In this document: positions 8,903 through 17,599 of the stretch, piece by piece
How the letters are laid out: the number at the start of each line of letters is the position of its first letter
Numbering within the stretch: position 1 is the first letter of the stretch
From: Deferribacterales bacterium
GTDB taxonomy: Bacteria; Chrysiogenota; Deferribacteres; Deferribacterales; Geovibrionaceae
NCBI GenBank assembly: GCA_050251945.1
Contig: JBFWLW010000008.1
Coordinates: 1-64,000, forward strand
DNA length: 64,000 nucleotides
Direction: 5' to 3'
Program-made: the position numbers and the translations under genes
Notes under the pieces: generated by a model
What the model was told of the DNA's origin: nothing
Seen by the model: only the letters and a program-made list of their open reading frames with translations
The model's database searches: none

Positions 8903-9607
8903 CTATACGCCGAGATATGCGGCTTTGACGTGTTCGTCGTTGGCAAGATCCGCCGCTTTTCCGCTCATAACGATTTTTCCGTTCTCAAGGACATACGCCC
9001 TGTCCGCAATCGCAAGGGTCTGCTTTACGTTCTGCTCAACGATGAGCACCGTCATCCCCTCCGAGCGCACCTGCTCAATAACGCGGAACACCTCTTTGAC
9101 CAGTATTGGTGCCAGCCCGAGAGAGGGTTCGTCCAGCATCATGAGCTTCGGCAGCGACATAAGCCCCCTGCCGATGGCAAGCATCTGCTGTTCGCCGCCT
9201 GAAAGGGTTCCGGCAAGCTGCCTGCGTCTTTCCAAAAGACGCGGAAACAGCTCAAATACCCTGTCCTTGTTCACTTTTCTGTCCTTTTTTGCCTGACCCC
9301 GCAGAGAACCGATATCGAGATTCTCCTCAACGGTCATTTCAGGAAACAGCCTGCGGGCTTCCGGCACATGCACAAGACCAAGCTCAATAAGGCTGTAGTT
9401 GTGCAATTTGTTTATCACATGCCCGTCAAATACGATGTCGCCTTTAACGGGCGGAACAAGACCGGATATCGTCCGCAGTATAGTGGATTTTCCGGCTCCG
9501 TTAGCACCGATAAGCGCAACAACTTCTCCGGTGTTAACACCGAACGACACATCGAATATAACCTGAAGGTCGCTGTAAAATACGTCAATATTCTTAACTT
9601 CAAGCAT
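8903..9607 (-). CDS. livF: Branched-chain amino acid ABC transporter ATPase
   Basis: GANGAGKS, LSGGEQQMLAIGR, LDEPSLGLAP, AYLG C-terminus. Confidence 0.93.
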   Translation of the reverse strand: MLEVKNIDVFYSDLQVIFDVSFGVNTGEVVALIGANGAGKSTILRTISGLVPPVKGDIVFDGHVINKLHNYSLIELGLVHVPEARRLFPEMTVEENLDIGSLRGQAKKDRKVNKDRVFELFPRLLERRRQLAGTLSGGEQQMLAIGRGLMSLPKLMMLDEPSLGLAPILVKEVFRVIEQVRSEGMTVLIVEQNVKQTLAIADRAYVLENGKIVMSGKAADLANDEHVKAAYLGV

Positions 9608-9608
9608 C

Positions 9609-10322
9609 TTACGCCTCCCCCAGATAAGCTTCGATAACCTGCTGGTTGTGCCTTATCTCGTCGGGCGTTCCCTCGGCTATCTTCTGTCCGTATGTCAGCA
9701 CCACTATCCTGTCGGAAATGGACATAATGACCTTCATGTGGTGTTCGATGATCATTACCGTTACTCCGCTCTTTTTGATGTTGCGGATTATCTCTATGGA
9801 CTTATCAAGCTCCGCAGGGTTAAGCCCCGCGAACGATTCGTCCAGAAGAAGAAGTTTCGGTCTGGTAGCAAGCGCCCTCGCTATCTCAAGACGTTTGCGT
9901 TTGCCCAGAGGCAGTCCTTTTGAAAGAATATCCCTGTCCTCGTAAAGGTCTGTGAATTTTAAAACTTCCGTGGCTATTTTCTCCGCCTCCGCCTTATTCT
10001 TCGCCCGCAGAAACGCGGATGCAAGAACATTGTCGAAAACGCTGAGCCTGCGCAATGGGCGCACTATCTGGAAGGTGCGCGCCATGCCCGCCTTGCATAT
10101 CTCATGGGGCTTTTTGCCGCCTATGGATTTGCCGTTCAAAATTATTTCGCCTTTAGAAGGCTTGTAAAAACCGTTTATGACGTTGAACAGAGTGGTCTTG
10201 CCCGCTCCGTTGGGTCCTATGATACCCAGTATCTCGTTTTCGTTCACGTCGAAACTGACGCCGGAAACCGCCGCCAGACCGCCGAAAAACTTTGATACTT
10301 CCTTAACCTGTAAAATGCTCAT
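9609..10322 (-). CDS. livG: Branched-chain amino acid ABC transporter ATPase
   Basis: FGGLAAV, GPNGAGKTT, ARTFQ, IEH, VIEAYLG. Confidence 0.93.
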   Translation of the reverse strand: MSILQVKEVSKFFGGLAAVSGVSFDVNENEILGIIGPNGAGKTTLFNVINGFYKPSKGEIILNGKSIGGKKPHEICKAGMARTFQIVRPLRRLSVFDNVLASAFLRAKNKAEAEKIATEVLKFTDLYEDRDILSKGLPLGKRKRLEIARALATRPKLLLLDESFAGLNPAELDKSIEIIRNIKKSGVTVMIIEHHMKVIMSISDRIVVLTYGQKIAEGTPDEIRHNQQVIEAYLGEA

Positions 10323-11260
10323 GCTCTCACCCTCCCAAGACCAAAGAACCGTTTGATCTTATGGAAATCGCCCACGATACCGTTGGGCAGGAAGATGATT
10401 ATAAATATCAGCAGAAGTCCGAATATCGCCTGATGCAGAGCGCCCAGACTGCCTATCGAACGAACCGCCTCCTGAAGCATTACCATTATCACGGCGCCCA
10501 CAAAAGGTCCCCACTGGGTCGCTACGCCGCCAACCATAACAATCATTATGGTGATGATCGACACGTCGTGGAGTGCGAAGACTATGTGCGGGTCTATGTA
10601 TCCCATATAGTTCATATAAAACGCACCCGCCACACCTGTGATCATACCGCTGACTATAAGCGCTATCGTCTTGTAAAGAGTGGTGTTTATTCCCATGGAC
10701 TCCGCCGCGTCCTGATCTTCGCGTATCGCCACAAAGAAGTAGCCGAGCTTTGAACTCACCAGATATTTCAGGATCAGAAATGTCGCAACCGCTATTGCAA
10801 GAATGATGTAATAATATGGCTCTTTACTCACCCAAAGCCTCTTCTGGAGCATGATGCCCAGAGTTCCGCTGGTGAGCCATTCCATGTTCTCTGCGCTTAC
10901 CCTGAATACCTCGCCGGATGCCAGCGTTGCAAGCGCAAAAAACGGACCGCGAAGCCTGAGCACTATCAGACCTATGATAAAGGCGAACACGCCCACAACG
11001 AATACGCTGAGCGGCAGACCAAACCACGGGGAAACGCCCGCCTTACTGTACAGTATGCCCGCCGTATAGGCTCCGATGCCAAAGAATGTAGCATGACCGA
11101 ACGAAACCTGACCGCAGTATCCTGAAAGCAGGTTCCACGCCATGCCTATCGTTGCCCACATGAGAAGCAGTATGAAAATATGCATCACATAAGTGCTGAA
11201 TCCCAAAAGCGGCAGAACCAGAAGCAGTGCCAGAGTTATGAAAGGATAATATTTTTTCAT
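10319..11260 (-). CDS. livM: Branched-chain amino acid ABC transporter permease
   Basis: WNLLSGYCGQVSFGHA, LRLRG, AIREDQDAAESMGIN. Confidence 0.92.
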   Translation of the reverse strand: MKKYYPFITLALLLVLPLLGFSTYVMHIFILLLMWATIGMAWNLLSGYCGQVSFGHATFFGIGAYTAGILYSKAGVSPWFGLPLSVFVVGVFAFIIGLIVLRLRGPFFALATLASGEVFRVSAENMEWLTSGTLGIMLQKRLWVSKEPYYYIILAIAVATFLILKYLVSSKLGYFFVAIREDQDAAESMGINTTLYKTIALIVSGMITGVAGAFYMNYMGYIDPHIVFALHDVSIITIMIVMVGGVATQWGPFVGAVIMVMLQEAVRSIGSLGALHQAIFGLLLIFIIIFLPNGIVGDFHKIKRFFGLGRVRA

Positions 11261-12180
11261 TTCCCTAACCTCCTGCTTTTAAGGAGTGAGGCTATGCCGC
11301 CGGGAAGAAAGACAAGCGCCGCGATAAATATCACAAACCTGCCCACAGGCGCCCAGCCCATTCCTATGTATGTTGATGTCAGTGACTCGAAAACGCCCAG
11401 TATCAAACCGCCTATGATAGCGCCGATGTTTGAGCCGAGACCGCCGAGAATTGTTATTACGAAAGCAATAAGCGTAAACTGTCCTCCCAACGCCGGGTAC
11501 AGGTAGTACAGGGGGATGAAAAGACAGCCCGCAGCGGCAACTATGGCGGAACCGAGACCGAAGCTGAACGCCCGCACCCTGTTAACATTTATACCCATCA
11601 GAATAGCCGCGTCGCTGTCCTGCGATGTGGCGCGAATCTGCTTGCCTATGTCCGTGCGGCTGAGGAAGAACCACAGCGCAAGGGTGATAAGTATTGAGAA
11701 AATAAACGAAACCGCCCACAGAAGCGAAATCGAAAGTTCTATTGGGCTGCTCTGCCAGAAATCAGACAGATACCATGTCACAGATGCATACTCCACCGGA
11801 GTTGAACGGTAATCGGATTTGAAAAAAACGTTCGCAAGGCTCGCCAGAACCATGCCGATGCCCACTGTCAGAATAACCTGATTTTCCGGCAGAATGGATT
11901 CCACTTTTATAACCGGAGTTATCAGATATTTCTGTATCAGCACACCCAGAATGAACAGAGCGGGCGACGCTATGAACACTGCGACATACGGATCCACACC
12001 GAGAAGAGTGAACAGCCAGTATGCAATGTACATCGCCACCATCATCAGTTCGCCGTGGGCAAGGTTTATGATCTTCATAACACCCATAATGAGCGTCATT
12101 CCGAGACCTATAAGAGCATACAGTCCGCCAAGGAGAAGCCCCGAAACCATTGTTTGTAGAAAGACCTCAAGTTGAACCAC
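11257..12180 (-). CDS. livH: Branched-chain amino acid ABC transporter permease
   Basis: GGLYALIGLGMTLIMGVMKIINLAHGE and GKQIRATSQD. Start reassigned to GTG 12180 (SD AAGGAG), because the ORF-track extension lies in the tandem repeat. Confidence 0.9.
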   Translation of the reverse strand: MVQLEVFLQTMVSGLLLGGLYALIGLGMTLIMGVMKIINLAHGELMMVAMYIAYWLFTLLGVDPYVAVFIASPALFILGVLIQKYLITPVIKVESILPENQVILTVGIGMVLASLANVFFKSDYRSTPVEYASVTWYLSDFWQSSPIELSISLLWAVSFIFSILITLALWFFLSRTDIGKQIRATSQDSDAAILMGINVNRVRAFSFGLGSAIVAAAGCLFIPLYYLYPALGGQFTLIAFVITILGGLGSNIGAIIGGLILGVFESLTSTYIGMGWAPVGRFVIFIAALVFLPGGIASLLKSRRLGK

Positions 12181-12191
12181 CAGAAGCTCCT

Positions 12192-12608
12192 TTATTATAT
12201 TTTTAACAAAATGACCTCGTATCATTTTGTTACTAACGCAAAGCTCAGTCAAACTTCGCTTTGCTCACACTGCGCATGTTTTCATCCATAAATCGGCTGA
12301 AAACATTCTCCGTGAGACACTTCCTGTGTCTTATTATATTTTTAACAAAATGACCTCGTGTCATTTTGTTACCAGCGCAAAGCTCAGTCAAACTTCGCTT
12401 TGCTCACACTGCGCATGTTTTCATCCATAAACCGGCTGAAAACATTCTCCGTGAGACACTTCCTGTGTCTTATTTTATTTTTAACAAAATGACCTCGTAT
12501 CATTTTGTTACTAACGCAAAGCTCAGTCAAACTTCGCTTTGCTCACACTGCGCATGTTTTCATCCATAAATCGGCTGAAAACATTCTCCGTGAGACACTT
12601 CCTGTGTC
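12192..12608. repeat. Tandem array of three 139-bp units, each with four hairpins
   Basis: Units start at 12192, 12331 and 12470 and differ at only a few positions. Internal inverted repeats: TAACAAAATGA/TCATTTTGTTA, GCAAAGC/GCTTTGC, ATGTTTTCA/TGAAAACAT, AGACAC/GTGTCT. Confidence 0.95.
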
Positions 12609-12609
12609 T

Positions 12610-12763
12610 CAGACTGGTGACAAATTGGATTTTACTTTCTATCTCCCCCTTTAGAAAAGGGGGATTAAGGGGGATTTTGATTAAATATCAATCAAATCCA
12701 CCCCAACCCTCCTTTTTCTAAAGGAGGGAGAAAAATGGAAATTACAACTTTGTCAACAACCTG
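12610..12763. mobile_element. 154-bp MITE (IS1182-like ends) with 9-bp target duplication
   Basis: Ends CAGACTGGTGACAAA and TTTGTCAACAACCTG (12/15 complementary). CCTGTGTCT is duplicated at 12601-12609 and 12764-12772. The cargo is a REP-like pair shared with 28581-28671. Confidence 0.8.
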
Positions 12764-12803
12764 CCTGTGTCTTATCCATTATCAAAGTAAATTGCATAAA
12801 CAG

Positions 12804-12833
12804 AAAGGCTCCCTCTGCGAAACAAAAGGAGCC
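12804..12833 (-). terminator. Hairpin downstream of livK
   Basis: GGCTCC...GGAGCC stem followed by a short T-run on the minus strand. Confidence 0.45.
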
Positions 12834-12845
12834 GCAGTATAATGA

Positions 12846-14033
12846 TTACTTCCTCTGTCTCCATTTGGGCATCGGATACAGATATTTAGCGCTCGCCATG
12901 CTCTTGGGCCAGATTGTTTCGTGCTGACCTTTTATGACCTGAAGCGCAAGCGTGGGGATGAAGTTCTGATTCTGATATCCGTTCTTGTCCACAAACTGAA
13001 CGTTACCGAACGCAGTCTGCATCTTCGTTGCTTTCAGAGCATCACGAATATCGTTGGGAGACCACGTTTTCGCACGCTCAAGAGCGTCCTTCGCAACATA
13101 AAGCGCTCCGTATGCTGCAGCACCGTGGTATGAAGGGTAGTCGCCGTACATTTTTTTATACTTTTCAGCGTACTCTTTCGAGCCTTTGTATTTAACCTGC
13201 GGACTCCACAGAGTTGATGTTACAACGTATTCGGATGCGTCTTTCGCGTTGTCCACAAACTCAGGAATTGCGAAACCTGCCGCACCGCCGGCAAAGAGGT
13301 TGGCATCCAGTCTGAGTTCTTTTATCTGTCTCATCAGAAGCGCCGCATCCATAACGTATGAAACCATGTAAACCACATCAGGTCTGAGTGATTTCACTTT
13401 TGTAAGAACGGGTTTGAAGTCAACCGCACCCTTTTCGTATTTCTCTTTCAGAAGCACTTTGATACCAAGCGCTTCGGCGTGTTTTGCCATTTCTTCCGCG
13501 CCGGATGTGCCGAAATCCGAGCTTTCATGCAGGATGGCGATAGTCTTGGGTTTAACAGCCTCTTTCATGAAACCCAGAAGACCGTCGGCATAGTTTGCGT
13601 TGGGAGAGTTAAGTCTGAAAACGTATTTGTAATTCTGCTGAGTGATGTCATCGGCACCGGACACAACAACCATATATGGTGTTTTACGTTCTTCGCTGAC
13701 AGCAGCGACCGCTTTTGCACATGCTGATGTGTATTCACCGATTATTATGGGCTGCTTCTGAACGTCGATGAGCTTTTCGACGATGCCTCTTGCAACCTCA
13801 GGCTTTGCACCCGAATCCTCGAATTTCAGAACAAGGGTTTTACCTTTGATGCCGCCTTTCGCGTTTATTTCGGCAGCGGCAATTTCATAAGACCTTTTCT
13901 GGATATCACCGAACTTCGCCTGCGTGCCCGTGAGTGGCAGAGGGATGGTAAGGTTGAGATCCTCGGCGTATGCGAACATAGCGCCGAAAGCGAATAACAT
14001 GGTAAACAGAGCAGATGTGATCGCTTTTCTCAT
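12846..14033 (-). CDS. livK: Branched-chain amino acid ABC transporter substrate-binding protein
   Basis: Signal peptide, PLTG, EINAKGGIKGK, YVFRL and DF..VLTKVK motifs; start MRKAI with SD GGAGG. Confidence 0.9.
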   Translation of the reverse strand: MRKAITSALFTMLFAFGAMFAYAEDLNLTIPLPLTGTQAKFGDIQKRSYEIAAAEINAKGGIKGKTLVLKFEDSGAKPEVARGIVEKLIDVQKQPIIIGEYTSACAKAVAAVSEERKTPYMVVVSGADDITQQNYKYVFRLNSPNANYADGLLGFMKEAVKPKTIAILHESSDFGTSGAEEMAKHAEALGIKVLLKEKYEKGAVDFKPVLTKVKSLRPDVVYMVSYVMDAALLMRQIKELRLDANLFAGGAAGFAIPEFVDNAKDASEYVVTSTLWSPQVKYKGSKEYAEKYKKMYGDYPSYHGAAAYGALYVAKDALERAKTWSPNDIRDALKATKMQTAFGNVQFVDKNGYQNQNFIPTLALQVIKGQHETIWPKSMASAKYLYPMPKWRQRK

Positions 14034-14361
14034 ATAATTAACCTCCGTATAATCGTCCCCGATTATTATCATTAATTATATAACATTATTATGGATATTC
14101 CAGCAAAATTATAGTTTTAACATGCCATGTTTTACTTTATTACAGCTCATTTCAGCTTTTTGTACTCTCTATTAATTTTCTATCTATTATAATTACATAA
14201 TAGCGTTTGAATATATCTTATAGTGAATATTAGCACTGGCTATCGAATCCATTCATCAGACATCTTTAATTAATCTGCTTAACTGATAATATTGAATTTT
14301 TTGAATTAAACTCTACAAAACGCTGTCAGCAGAGTATTTGGAGCGTTTTTCAAAAGTAAGT

Positions 14362-14590
14362 CGTCTTTGCGAGCGGAGCGAAGAAATCTGCACCGCATAG
14401 AACATGCTGAAGATGTCAGATCGCTTCGTCGCTCTATTCGACAAATAGTTTAAAGTGGACTCATTTCAGCAAGCTCGGTACAGAAACATTTGCAAAAATA
14501 GGCAAATGTTTTCAGCCTTCGGCTAGTGCTTCCTGCGAAGACGGAATAAAAATCACGTCTCTGCGAACCCAGCCATGGGTGAAGCAGTCC
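14362..14590. repeat. REP-like palindrome cluster containing copy 2 of the 91-bp repeat (14435-14525)
   Basis: GTCTTTGCGAG..CGAAGAAATCT, AGATCGCTTCG..TGCGAAGAC and GTCTCTGCGA..GAAGCAGTC arms; core near-identical to 4526-4616. Confidence 0.8.
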
Positions 14591-14635
14591 CGTATTTCGA
14601 TTTGCGACATTACTTATAAAAAATGCACCAGGGCG

Positions 14636-14668
14636 AAAAAAAGGGGAACCCTTTTCAGGATTCCCCTT
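14636..14668 (-). terminator. Rho-independent terminator ending the cytochrome operon
   Basis: AAGGGGAA(T/C)C stem with a T7 tail on the minus strand, 25 bp after the last stop codon. Confidence 0.75.
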
Positions 14669-14693
14669 ATATATTTTAAGTGAAAAAATGCTG

Positions 14694-15740
14694 TCAGAAC
14701 AGACCGTTCACGCTCGTACCATATCCGGCACCGTGGTAATGGCAATCAGTACAGGTTGAGGAGTATGTGCTGGTATGCACAACTTCTTTCAGCCCGTTGG
14801 TCGTGTCTGCACCGCTGTCGTTTGTGTGGCACACAGCGCAAAGCTCGGAGAAGTTGTTCTCCGTGACGCTTACTGATGCGCTTTTTGCCGTGTCGTCAGC
14901 GAGAGTCGCCGTTTTGCCGGATTTCGTTATGAGATACGGGTTATCGGATGAATGCACCTGATGACAGCTTAAGCACGGAAGTTCCATATCGTTGGCGTAG
15001 CTTCCGCGGAATACGCCGAAGCTCTGTCCCTGACCGATTTTCGCGCCGTGGATGTCCGCCGTGGACTTCATTTCGCTCTCTGTGCTTCCAGTACCCATGA
15101 AGGTTGCGTATATATTCGTCTGCTCAGTGTCAAACGCAAGGACAGGCGGCATGATGCTGAAAGCTCCGTTGCCGTCATGACAGTTGAGACAAAAATCGTT
15201 TGTGCTTGCATATGTTGTGCCTGATTGTGTCAAATCAACAGCTACCTCAAGCGTACCGTCCATATCTGACCAATCGTGGCATATCACGCAGTCGGAGTTG
15301 CCTATTTTGCCGTCGCCGTCCAGATCGTGTATTTCCGACCCGCCGAACATGTCGTGGGAAGATACTATATCAGAATCGGCATGACAGGTGAGACACTGGT
15401 ATGTGTCGGCCGTGATGCCTTCAATTCCGTTTGAACCGTGGCAGTAGAGACACGCGCCAATGTCTGTCTCGCCCACTTTTCCGAAGCTCTCGGCGAGTTC
15501 AGGGCTGTAGTCGTGTATATCCTGAAGCTTTTTGATATTGTGGCAGAGGTAGCATTTGTCGTTGCCCCATGCGGTGCCGCCGTAGTGAGCCTCCGGCACA
15601 GTCAGCTGAGGAGCGTCCCCTGTTCTGGTCGTTTTGGGTGAGTCGCTGTCACTTGAGTTTGACCCTCCGCCGCAGGCGGCAGTAACGGCGACGATTGCTA
15701 TAATAGCTATATATGTCAGAGCTTTATAAAATGTCTTCAT
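14694..15740 (-). CDS. Octaheme c-type cytochrome lipoprotein
   Basis: Lipobox TAAC followed by a Gly/Ser linker; 8 CXXCH motifs; acidic, with a DLDGDG motif. Confidence 0.85.
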   Translation of the reverse strand: MKTFYKALTYIAIIAIVAVTAACGGGSNSSDSDSPKTTRTGDAPQLTVPEAHYGGTAWGNDKCYLCHNIKKLQDIHDYSPELAESFGKVGETDIGACLYCHGSNGIEGITADTYQCLTCHADSDIVSSHDMFGGSEIHDLDGDGKIGNSDCVICHDWSDMDGTLEVAVDLTQSGTTYASTNDFCLNCHDGNGAFSIMPPVLAFDTEQTNIYATFMGTGSTESEMKSTADIHGAKIGQGQSFGVFRGSYANDMELPCLSCHQVHSSDNPYLITKSGKTATLADDTAKSASVSVTENNFSELCAVCHTNDSGADTTNGLKEVVHTSTYSSTCTDCHYHGAGYGTSVNGLF

Positions 15741-15742
15741 AA

Positions 15743-16312
15743 TCAGTCCTTCCTGTGACAAGAGATACAGAACTCAACCCTGTGGCATGTGTCGCACGAA
15801 CCTGGGTCTATTGAAGCCTCCAGCGAGTGTTTCAGCTTGAACGAGCGGCTGTGTCTCATGTTCTCCATAGAATTCTGTTTGCTGTGGCAGCTTTCGCAAT
15901 ACCACTGGTCGTGACATGTTTCGCATGCCCTGCTGTCCAGAGTTGCGGGTGCGGCGTGCATCTCTTTCCAGTTGTTAAGGTGATCCGCGGGTTTCAGCAC
16001 TTTCATGTTCTCATGGCATGTGGAACAGTTCTGGGGAGCGGATGCCACCCTTGTTTCGATGTCCCTGTGGCACGAGTGGCATTTGCCGTCTATCTTGAGG
16101 TCGGCGGCAATCTTAAGCTCTCCGCCCTGTTTGATCATAGTCTCAATTGACGGAAGTTTATGACAGTGGAAACAGTCCTTTTTCTGTTGAAAAAGGATGT
16201 CCACATGTTTCTCGTGGTTAAATTTAGTCACGGGGGACTGATAATAAAACTGCGTACATCCGAAGATGACAGGAACGATCAGCAATAGCAGCCATGATAA
16301 CTTCTTAATCAT
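15743..16312 (-). CDS. Heptaheme c-type cytochrome (probable lipoprotein)
   Basis: IFGC lipobox; FNHEKH; 7 CXXCH motifs in 189 aa. Confidence 0.85.
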   Translation of the reverse strand: MIKKLSWLLLLIVPVIFGCTQFYYQSPVTKFNHEKHVDILFQQKKDCFHCHKLPSIETMIKQGGELKIAADLKIDGKCHSCHRDIETRVASAPQNCSTCHENMKVLKPADHLNNWKEMHAAPATLDSRACETCHDQWYCESCHSKQNSMENMRHSRSFKLKHSLEASIDPGSCDTCHRVEFCISCHRKD

Positions 16313-16336
16313 TATATCCTCTTCTCTGGCAATGGT

Positions 16337-17581
16337 TTAAAAATTGTATGCGGCTTTTACGCCATACCTGTTCTCCGGCAGATACCTTGTCTCCCGGCTG
16401 TTTTCCGCATAAATGCTGAGTGTCAGGTCTTTCATTATGTCGTATTCCGCATCGGCATAGAGCGAGTAGATGTTCTCATCCGTCGCGTAGTTTTCAAGTC
16501 TGAGCATCTCGCCCTCGAACGTAACACGGAATTCTTTTGTAAGGCTCCAGTCAAGCGCGGCGCTTGCGCCTTTGGCGTTGGAACTCTCGCTGTCGTAGTA
16601 ATAGCCTTCGATGTTGGCAGAGACTCCCTTTGTCTTAAACCAGTCAAAGTCCACTCCCGCCTTATATATCTGCCCGTCTACTATGTCTCCGCTCTCCTGC
16701 TCTATCTTGGAGTGGACAACGCTGACATACGGGGATACGTTCTCTGTGAATGCATACTGCACCGTAAACGCCATCTTCTCTTCCTGTCCGGTGGAAAAGT
16801 TGCTTATGATGAGTACGTCGTCGTAATTCGTACCGTCTTTAACGTTATATTTCGAGCCTTCCGCTATCAGTCTGAGAGCGTCGCGTTTGAGATACGCTCT
16901 TATCGTGCCTCTGTAGAAGTTATGTTCCAGCATGTCATATTCGCCTTTTGCGTCAACATTTAAAATGTTTTTGCCTGAAAGAGCGAACACCCTGCCGAGA
17001 CCCATGCCTGCAAACTCCTGATATGTGAGGTCGCTGTCGTATTCTTTAGAGTATGAAACGTAGCCTGTCGTATCCTTAACACCGTTAAGGAACACGCGTC
17101 CGCCATACATCTTGTCGCCTGTTTTGCGGAAATCTTCGTTTATGTGTCTGCCGTCGGCATCAAAATACTGGGGCTTGCCCGCAAACGCCGTAACGCCGAA
17201 TTTATAATCCGTGCGAACTGTTGCAAGCGCACCGTCCAGCGTAAGGAATCTGTTGCCGATGTATGAGAAACGTCCTGCCTTGACCTCAACGGCGTTCTGG
17301 AAGCTGGTGTAGTCCAGATATGCTGAATATACGTCGGACTGGCTGTCGCTGTCCTCTTCTGAATCAGTTGCGAAGCGTCCGTAAAAGTTGAAACCGAGAT
17401 ACGGGTCGTATATCTTCGCGTTGTCAATGTTCAGATAGTTTTCCCAGAGGGTTTCCGAACTTTCGCCCTTGTCCTTTGAAACTTCGAGGGCGGTTGAAAA
17501 GAATCCGTCAACATTGTATGCGTATGCGGAAAAACCTGAACACACTATTGACGCAGCTAAGAAAAATTTAAAAAATTTCAC
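16337..17581 (-). CDS. Outer-membrane beta-barrel protein (porin of a porin-cytochrome complex)
   Basis: Signal peptide, alternating aromatic/hydrophobic beta-strand pattern and C-terminal beta-signal YGVKAAYNF; lies between cytochrome genes. Confidence 0.8.
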   Translation of the reverse strand: MKFFKFFLAASIVCSGFSAYAYNVDGFFSTALEVSKDKGESSETLWENYLNIDNAKIYDPYLGFNFYGRFATDSEEDSDSQSDVYSAYLDYTSFQNAVEVKAGRFSYIGNRFLTLDGALATVRTDYKFGVTAFAGKPQYFDADGRHINEDFRKTGDKMYGGRVFLNGVKDTTGYVSYSKEYDSDLTYQEFAGMGLGRVFALSGKNILNVDAKGEYDMLEHNFYRGTIRAYLKRDALRLIAEGSKYNVKDGTNYDDVLIISNFSTGQEEKMAFTVQYAFTENVSPYVSVVHSKIEQESGDIVDGQIYKAGVDFDWFKTKGVSANIEGYYYDSESSNAKGASAALDWSLTKEFRVTFEGEMLRLENYATDENIYSLYADAEYDIMKDLTLSIYAENSRETRYLPENRYGVKAAYNF

Positions 17582-17599
17582 CGGCTTTCTCCCGTTTTA

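Noticed and set aside
12192..12608. CRISPR array
   Set aside because: The units are contiguous 139-bp near-identical copies with no unique spacers, and there are no cas genes in the window.
12227..12721. Repeated 60-67 aa ORFs as a peptide or toxin array
   Set aside because: They start at non-ATG codons without an SD, and 139 is not a multiple of 3; they are by-products of the DNA repeat.
16337..17581. MtrB assignment
   Set aside because: It is much shorter than MtrB-type barrels and has no adjacent MtrA-like decaheme; called a generic porin instead.
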